Source: Phoronis australis (lineage: Eukaryota; Animalia; Phoronida). From it: a stretch of 64,000 nt of DNA. The notes below the pieces were generated by a model, which saw only the letters and a list, made by a program, of their open reading frames with translations, did no database searches and was not told where the DNA came from. How positions within the stretch are numbered: position 1 is the first letter of the stretch; every line of letters begins with the position of its first letter. The position numbers were made by a program, and so were the translations under genes. Of this stretch, positions 57,734 to 64,000 are shown piece by piece. Location: contig NMRA01000092.1 of the NCBI GenBank assembly GCA_002633005.1, positions 188,493-252,492 of the forward strand, given 5' to 3'.

Positions 57734-57991
57734 CTCTGAGGTGTTTAGGTTGGAATAAATTTATAAAACTAAATGTGTTGAATTTTCACTGAGCTCCTTA
57801 CCCGTCAACATACTTTCCATGTCACGAGATATTTCTACAGGGTGACCCCAAAATGTACTCACTCGTCAGTACAGGGCCAGGAATTCAAATTTAGTTCCTG
57901 TGGATCAAATTCTGCACTGACCTGCGTGTATAAGCTTCCACCTTGTGAAACTAGGCATGGTAGTCGTCGCGTGCTTAATTCCTTTTTTGAT

Positions 57992-58126
57992 CAGGGGCGG
58001 GATCCAGGAGTTTGAGTTGGGGGGGCAGGGCAGACATACGCACCCCCGAGCTGCCAAATGGAACCTGGGAGAATTTTAGGGGAGGGCATGGCCCCCTTGT
58101 CCCCTCCCCCCAAAAATCCCTCACTG
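57992..58126. mobile_element. CAGGGGCGGATCC MITE family copy
   Basis: Shares gatccagga.tttgagttgggggg...gaattttagggg...catggcccc with 43440 and 60538. Confidence 0.7.
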
Positions 58127-59312
58127 CTTACGTAAACTTTATGAAACTGGACCAATTAATGGGCTTCTTTTGCACACTTGTCGGAGTCAGAGAAATGAGT
58201 CGTGTCACGTGACCATCACGACTGAGGAGGTGCTTATAAAATTAGGTAGCCTCGCATAGCAAGGCATCAGTGAGTGTTTGAAACGTAGAATTATCGCGGA
58301 GGAAAATGCCAGCGTAAAAGACAAGACGACATTTAGAACTGGCTCGGAGAGAAGTAAGCGATAAAATCTCCGTACTCGGCTAAGATTTGTGTTCAAATTT
58401 CAAAGTAGCTGGGTAACTTATAGAGTTTTCTAAGCTCAGTGCGCTACATCCGAAAACCGGCGGGACAGCTAACAAGCGTTCTTGCAAGCAATGGCATTTC
58501 TAAAAATAACTTACGGCCTGACTTTAATGTTTGAGTATCACCTACAATCCTTTGTGAATCCTGCGGATGGGCAATATTTTATCGCACACAAATCGTCTCC
58601 CGAGTTCAAAATAACGCCACTGTCAGAACTGAATAAGTCAGTGTAGGCTTATCACTCCAGTAACCTTCAGGATTTATGCCGGGTTATTTACTTGAGTATA
58701 ATGCACGTGCTGAAGTTTATTAGAATGGTTTCTCGATCACTTTCTGCTATTAACTGTACGGTCGAAGCACACATAACTAGTAGAATTAAAAACATACAGT
58801 TAGTACTATATACTTGAGATTCATGGCAATAGTGCCGTCCCGGATTACACAGTGACACTCGAATTTCGCTGTATTTACCCAAAATGCCGTAAACATTTGT
58901 CTGGCTCATTTGCTGCCTCGTTTTCGAGCCACTGTACTTTCACATGTTATTTGTTGTTGTCTGATTCTGAACAAGTTTTTCTCGGTTGCATTACTCTATT
59001 CGTAATTCTTCCTATGCTATCGAAGTATCAACTGTTGTGTTTTGGGCTGCAACACCGGCGTGAAAACGTTTTATAAACTGGACAAATACCCGTCTATGCG
59101 TGATCTAAAATTCTTTGCCTTCCCGACATTAATGAGAGACACGAAAATGTGCCTGATTTCAAAAACTAGATCACGTACTTACTTATTTCCATAATAACGG
59201 CGAATAAAAGTCATCTATAATGCATACAAACATTTCCTGTTGAGTGACAATATCTGACGAGTGCAGTTTTCAAATGCATTATTCTATGCTACTGTTACTG
59301 AGTGCCGAAACG

Positions 59313-59740
59313 TCAGTTTGCGTTCTTTCCAAGAATCATCATGAATAACATGCATGGAAAACTATGCTTGTTGTTCTCAATGCAGAGTAAAGAGTCGTTA
59401 TCAGATAATACATGCAAGGTTGGTTACATTTAATTCAACCGACATCACAACAGTCGCGTTTCAGATTACATTCTTTCCAAGAATCGTCATGAAAAAATGC
59501 TTGAAAACTGTGCCTCGGAGTTGTTGTTCTCATGTAGGATAAAGAATCGTTATCCGATAAATACACATGTACACAGATGTTCTCTTGTACTACACAAGGT
59601 TGATTTCATTCAATTCAACTGACATTACAATAATCGCGTTTCAGTTTGCGTTCTTTCCAAGGATCGTCATGAAAAAATGCTTGAAATGCTATTCCCAGAA
59701 ATTGTTGTTCACAATGCTAGGTAAAGAATTGTTATCAGTT
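59313..59740 (+). repeat. Three diverged tandem copies of a 150-180-bp unit
   Basis: tcagtttgcgttctttccaagaatc(a/g)tcatgaa starts at about 59313, 59461 and 59641. Confidence 0.8.
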
Positions 59741-60537
59741 TAGTGTGTTTTTGCTTTTTTGAGCCCGTTAATTATCCTAAGAAATTTCAGGCAATATTTC
59801 CAAATTCTATTTATTATTATTACTGAGACCATGGATGAGTTAATCCATAACACAAACTATTTCACTGTCCAGCAGCTTCTATAATTTTTACAATACCACA
59901 AAAAATGAGATTTCATGTTAAAATGTGACACTGATTTTGAGCGAAAACTGATGTGCCCGACTTTTAAACTATTTATCAGAGTAGGAATTGTATTAAACTA
60001 CATTTTAGTAATATAACATAAGCAAGTAAAGTGCAATGCATAGCACGATCCAAATCCGTGACATAGGGTATATCATCCACTTATGGCTTTTTGTCTGGTC
60101 TGAAGTGCACTGCACTCTTAAGATAGGAAACTGGTTGGTTTTCTCATCGGAATGTGTGAATGAATGAGCTTATGAAAAACTTCATGGCACTGTAGTCATG
60201 ATATGAATAAAAGAATGAAAAGAGAAAACAAGAAATTGCGCTTTTAATATGGGTGTGCCGTCTATATTCGTCTTTTTCTCCGTTTTATTCATAAAACGTA
60301 CTTAGTCGGCACGCATCTGTTTGCAAATTTTATAATGAACACGCGGTTTACTCCGTCGATGGGCGGACACAGGTTATCGCTGACCGGTGTTTAGTAGTTT
60401 TCGGTGCGACGATAGACTGAAGTCTGGTTCGAGTTAATCACTTTATTAACTTCGGCCCCACGTACTCAAGTCTACTCAAGCAAAACGTACTACGTAATGT
60501 CTGTTCTATGCTCCAGCTAGTGCTGCAAAACCTTGAC

Positions 60538-60691
60538 CAGGGGCAGATCCAGGATTTTGAGTTGGGGGGCGGGACAGAATATTAGCCAGGAATTTGCCCG
60601 TCAGACACTTACACCCCGAATTACCAATTTTAATCTGGAAGAATTTTAGGGGGGGCATGGCCCCTTTGGCCCCCCTCTAAATCCGCCACTG
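60538..60691. mobile_element. CAGGGGC...CCGCCACTG MITE family copy
   Basis: The TIRs are visible. The flanks are TTGAC and TTGAT (4 of 5 match). Confidence 0.75.
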
Positions 60692-60944
60692 TTGATAACG
60701 TCTGTATGATTTTAAATCACTAATCATGTTCCTATATCAACAAATGTTGCACATTGGGCTTATGGTCTTTATTACAGAAATGAAATTGGTTGAATTGATT
60801 GAATTTAACAAGGCAGTTGTCATGTGAAGTATTGGGATACCCTCTATGTGCTCGTTTTATATGGCAGACCACACAACAAATGGCAGAGACTGGATTTAAA
60901 TTCAGGATCATTGACTGAATCAATCCACTGATACATACATGTAT

Positions 60945-61164
60945 CAGTGGCAGATCTACGTTTTCAGTAGGGGAGGGGGGGTTAGGATTCGAGTGAATCC
61001 GAGGCGCGAGTACGTAGCGCCGAGCGGAAGGAAAGTCGGGACATTTTTTGTGGTTTTTAGTAGCTGATTTCATTTTTCTTGTGAAATTTATTTCAATTTT
61101 TATTTTTGATCCTGTCCCGAGGGGGTTTGAACCCCCTGAACCCCCTTCTTTAGATCCGCCTCTG
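60945..61164. mobile_element. CAGTGGCAGATCTA...TAGATCCGCCTCTG MITE with 5-bp TSD TGTAT
   Basis: 14-bp imperfect TIRs. TGTAT is at 60940-60944 and 61165-61169. Confidence 0.8.
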
Positions 61165-61659
61165 TGTATACACATCATCGTTCGAGTTCAGAAATAAATA
61201 TATCAAAATTCCGGTTCGTTTTACCCGATTGCCATATTTGCATTGCATTCCCCCATTTTTCGCCACTGCTTTTATGACCTTGGCTATTTCAACAGAATGT
61301 GTGTTGGTTTCTCACTTTCCACGCAGTGCAAGTATGAGCTACACCTCGTCCCGTAAAGCTGACTAAAAAACGACCGAATTGGACCTTTAACTCTCAACTG
61401 AAGTTTACGTCACGGGCAATGTGTAGATGCGCCGTTACCATGGACACCAATTTTTTGTAATCTATACCAGAGTAGCATGAAGGGAACTCTGTCAAACGCC
61501 TTCGAAAAGTCGACAAAAGCACAATTAAAACGATCCCCGGGCTTAGTGATATATTTTTGGCACATGGCCTGAAGCGTGAACATTTGGTCCTGAGTGCAAT
61601 AGCCCTTGCGGAATCCCGCCTGTGATTCACGAAGTTCGTCATTTGCCTCAGCCTAGGTG

Positions 61660-62000
61660 CTAAGGCGGTTGTTCAAAAGTGAATAGCTTTCCTGCTGCTG
61701 AAAACAATGAGATACTTCTATAATTGTTCTCATCTTCAGTGTTACCCTGTTGAAATATAGGAGCAATTGTTGCGTCACAAAAGCCATGTGGGTAGTGACC
61801 TGTAGCGAGAATTACATTGAAAAGCAGTTCCAATGCATGAACAATAACTACCCTTGTACTCTTCAACATTTCAAACACAACATGATCAATGCCGGCTGCT
61901 TTGCCGTTTGGAAGATCCATTATAGCGCAGTCAATTTTCTCAGTGGGTAAATTTTCGTCACAAGCATCACAATAATTGTCATGATATTCTTGTTGCCTTG
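61660..62000 (-). mobile_element. Fragment of a non-LTR retrotransposon reverse transcriptase (N-terminal RT subdomains)
   Basis: LPNGKAAGIDHVVFEMLK...LFNVILATGHYP...IAPIFQQGNTEDENNYRSISLFSAAGKLF matches the KAxGxD...PIxKxG...NYRPISL signature of LINE ORF2. Confidence 0.85.
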
Positions 62001-62263
62001 CGACCACATTTGACATAGTGTCGCTCGGTTCCATCCGTTCATTGAGCAACAAATTAAAACACATGTATGCTTAATTGTAAACTAAGCAACTCAAAAATGC
62101 CCAAGAATCATTGAATCAAAACAGCTCAGTGTTCTCACAGCTGTTAGTGATGACTTGTTCACCGTGTAGTCGATCGTTATTCGCCGTGTTGTCTTTTTGC
62201 TGTCAATTCTTCTTCATTTTTCTTTTGCCTGATGATGCTCTTAAGTAAGCGTGAAATTTGAAA

Positions 62264-62510
62264 CATGCGCGCACCCAGGGGGGCCTCGGGGGGCTCGAAC
62301 GAGCCCCACATTTGGCGAAGTGGGTAAAAAGGTCCGCCTGAGAGAAACGAAAAGTACGAGAAAATGAGACATAAGTCCACTAAAAAGGCGCTGACGCACA
62401 GTTCACAGACCTGAAGGTGGTACCTTTTTTTAGTTCTCCCGCTTTTTTGTTAACAAAAGGTTCACTTTGTCAAAGATTCGAGCCCGTATTAAAGACTGGG
62501 TGCGCGCATG
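62264..62510. mobile_element. MITE with perfect 15-bp TIR CATGCGCGCACCCAG
   Basis: The TIRs are visible. The flanks are TGAAA and TGAAC (4 of 5 match). Confidence 0.8.
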
Positions 62511-63021
62511 TGAACTATAAGTTTTTGCCAGCTGCGCTGGTTGTAAGATTTTGGATAATACTTCGTCCAAGAAGAAATATTGATAATAATAATACATAAT
62601 GTTAATGCTCAACTTCAAACCGAACCTGTCTGTTTTGTGACGCTTCGATAGATTGCGTATAAAAGAGTAGAGATATGTTTTCTCCTTGGATTTAGTTGAG
62701 GCTGGTATGAGTTTCGTTGTACAAGTTTTCGGTAGTGTCCGCCTGTATTGCATTACTTGTTCGTACATTGAACTTGTATTTTCGTAGCATTTGCCTCTAT
62801 TTTGCTTATTGGCGTTTGGTATTTTTCAGTCCTCTACTGTTTTGTAACCTGGTGGCAAATGAAATTCTGCAAAGAAATGTGTTTGCACCAAAATGTTTTA
62901 TTTAACTCTCGGTAAATTACGATATTAACAAGCAAATAAAGTTTTCTTAAAATAGTACAAAATATCACGGGTTTAATATATTTTTGCGCTAATTACATAC
63001 AAAATGATAATTAGTTAAGGA

Positions 63022-63279
63022 CCTGAGTTCCGTTCCATCAAAACTGACTTAGCTAAGACAAATCTAATAAATTTTAGTGAATTTTAAAATAAAAGTTAAA
63101 TTTGTCTCAAAATCAAATCAAGAAAGAGATCTTACGTCTGACTTAAGTGAATGACCTAAGTTTTGTCTTAATTTTTAACTAACTTTCCAAATGTGGAAGT
63201 TTCAAAGTTTGGAAGTTAAGACAAATCTTAGACTTAAGTCAAAAGTTAACTTAAGTCAGTTTCTTGGAACAGGCTCCTG
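63022..63279. mobile_element. PIF/Harbinger-like MITE, second copy of the 55442 family
   Basis: ctgagttccgttccatcaaaactgactta...taagtcagtttcttggaacaggctcctg. Confidence 0.65.
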
Positions 63280-63299
63280 CTCACGAAAGTAATATTTGG

Positions 63300-63411
63300 T
63301 GGCAATAGTCTGATATAACGTGCCCGTATTTTGAGAACCAGTTTGATGCCCATTATTTAGTGGAGAAAACTGGTTCTCCAAATTCGGCACGTTACATCAT
63401 ACTATTACCAT
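63300..63411. mobile_element. Short hairpin MITE (family of 15025-15140)
   Basis: ggcaatagtctgatataacgtgcccgtattttgagaaccagttt...aaactggttctccaaattcggcacgttacatcatactattacc. Confidence 0.7.
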
Positions 63412-63786
63412 ATTTGGTTACTATTACAGTTGGTATAAATAAATAAACTAAATGAATCACTCATAGACTTACACTAAATACATGTTTAGATAAATGTAAA
63501 CTCTTACATTTTTATTTAATTGTAAGAATATCTATCACGATAATTCTTCACAAATTTGGCAGACTCATTCATTTGGTTAACACTAACATTAATTCCACTT
63601 GATTGTCTTCACCAGGTCGACCGGCTAAGATATCTGATTGGTCCATAAGCCGGAACTCGTCATCGCGAACCAATCAGATGTCTTAGGCGGTTGACCCCGC
63701 GAAATTGGCTAAGCCAATGAAAGCGCATGAACCAAAGCCTAATAACTTCGCATGACTGTAAAAGAGGCTCAAGTTTTGAATATTCC

Positions 63787-63962
63787 TCAATTATTTTGTT
63801 CACTCCTTGCCACACTGCTTTCATTATAAGCTTGGTTAGCAAAGAATGTGGGTTGGTCGGTAACTTTCCTTTTCTTACACTCGCACATATAGCGTTTAAG
63901 TTTTACATAAAAAGGCCTGATGGAGCCTTGGTTGCCTTCGGGGCCAAATGTACAAAGGAGTG
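63787..63962 (-). CDS. Probable terminal coding exon of a gene extending right of the window; possibly a Dispatched/Patched-domain (RND-type) membrane protein
   Basis: A pyrimidine-rich acceptor cctgtttctgttctcAG at 63963-64 is followed by (A)LLCTFGPEGNQGSIRPFYVKLKRYMCECKKRK...stop. ALLxxxGPxG followed by a basic stretch resembles the end of the last TM helix of Dispatched-like proteins (recalled, not searched). Confidence 0.35.
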
Positions 63963-64000
63963 CTGAGAACAGAAACAGGGACATCAACATGGAAAAACCT

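Overview
Eukaryotic, intron-rich, AT-rich genomic DNA that looks like a marine invertebrate draft assembly with N gaps; the species cannot be determined from the sequence. By reading splice sites and exon phases by hand I reconstructed three complete spliced genes: PRPF40A/Prp40 (+, 20 coding exons, about 710 aa), TAF1B/Rrn7 (-, 15 exons, about 627 aa, one GC-AG intron) and a cofactor-dependent phosphoglycerate mutase (+, 5 exons, about 270 aa). Two partial genes lie at the edges: a TFPT/INO80F-like first coding exon (-) and a possible Dispatched/Patched-family last exon (-). The genes form two tight head-to-head pairs. Non-coding DNA is dense in non-autonomous DNA transposons, including a young, near-perfect 668-bp foldback nested in an older MITE and a CAG-ended family with 5-bp TSDs. 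It also holds LINE fragments, tRNA-derived SINE heads and minisatellites. I found no CRISPR array, rRNA, intact tRNA or autonomous transposase. I do not see a clearly new biological system. The best leads are the foldbacks flanking the TFPT/PRPF40A promoter, a possibly yeast-like PRP40 that starts at the WW domain, several cryptic splice-site structures in PRPF40A, and active-site changes in the PGAM.
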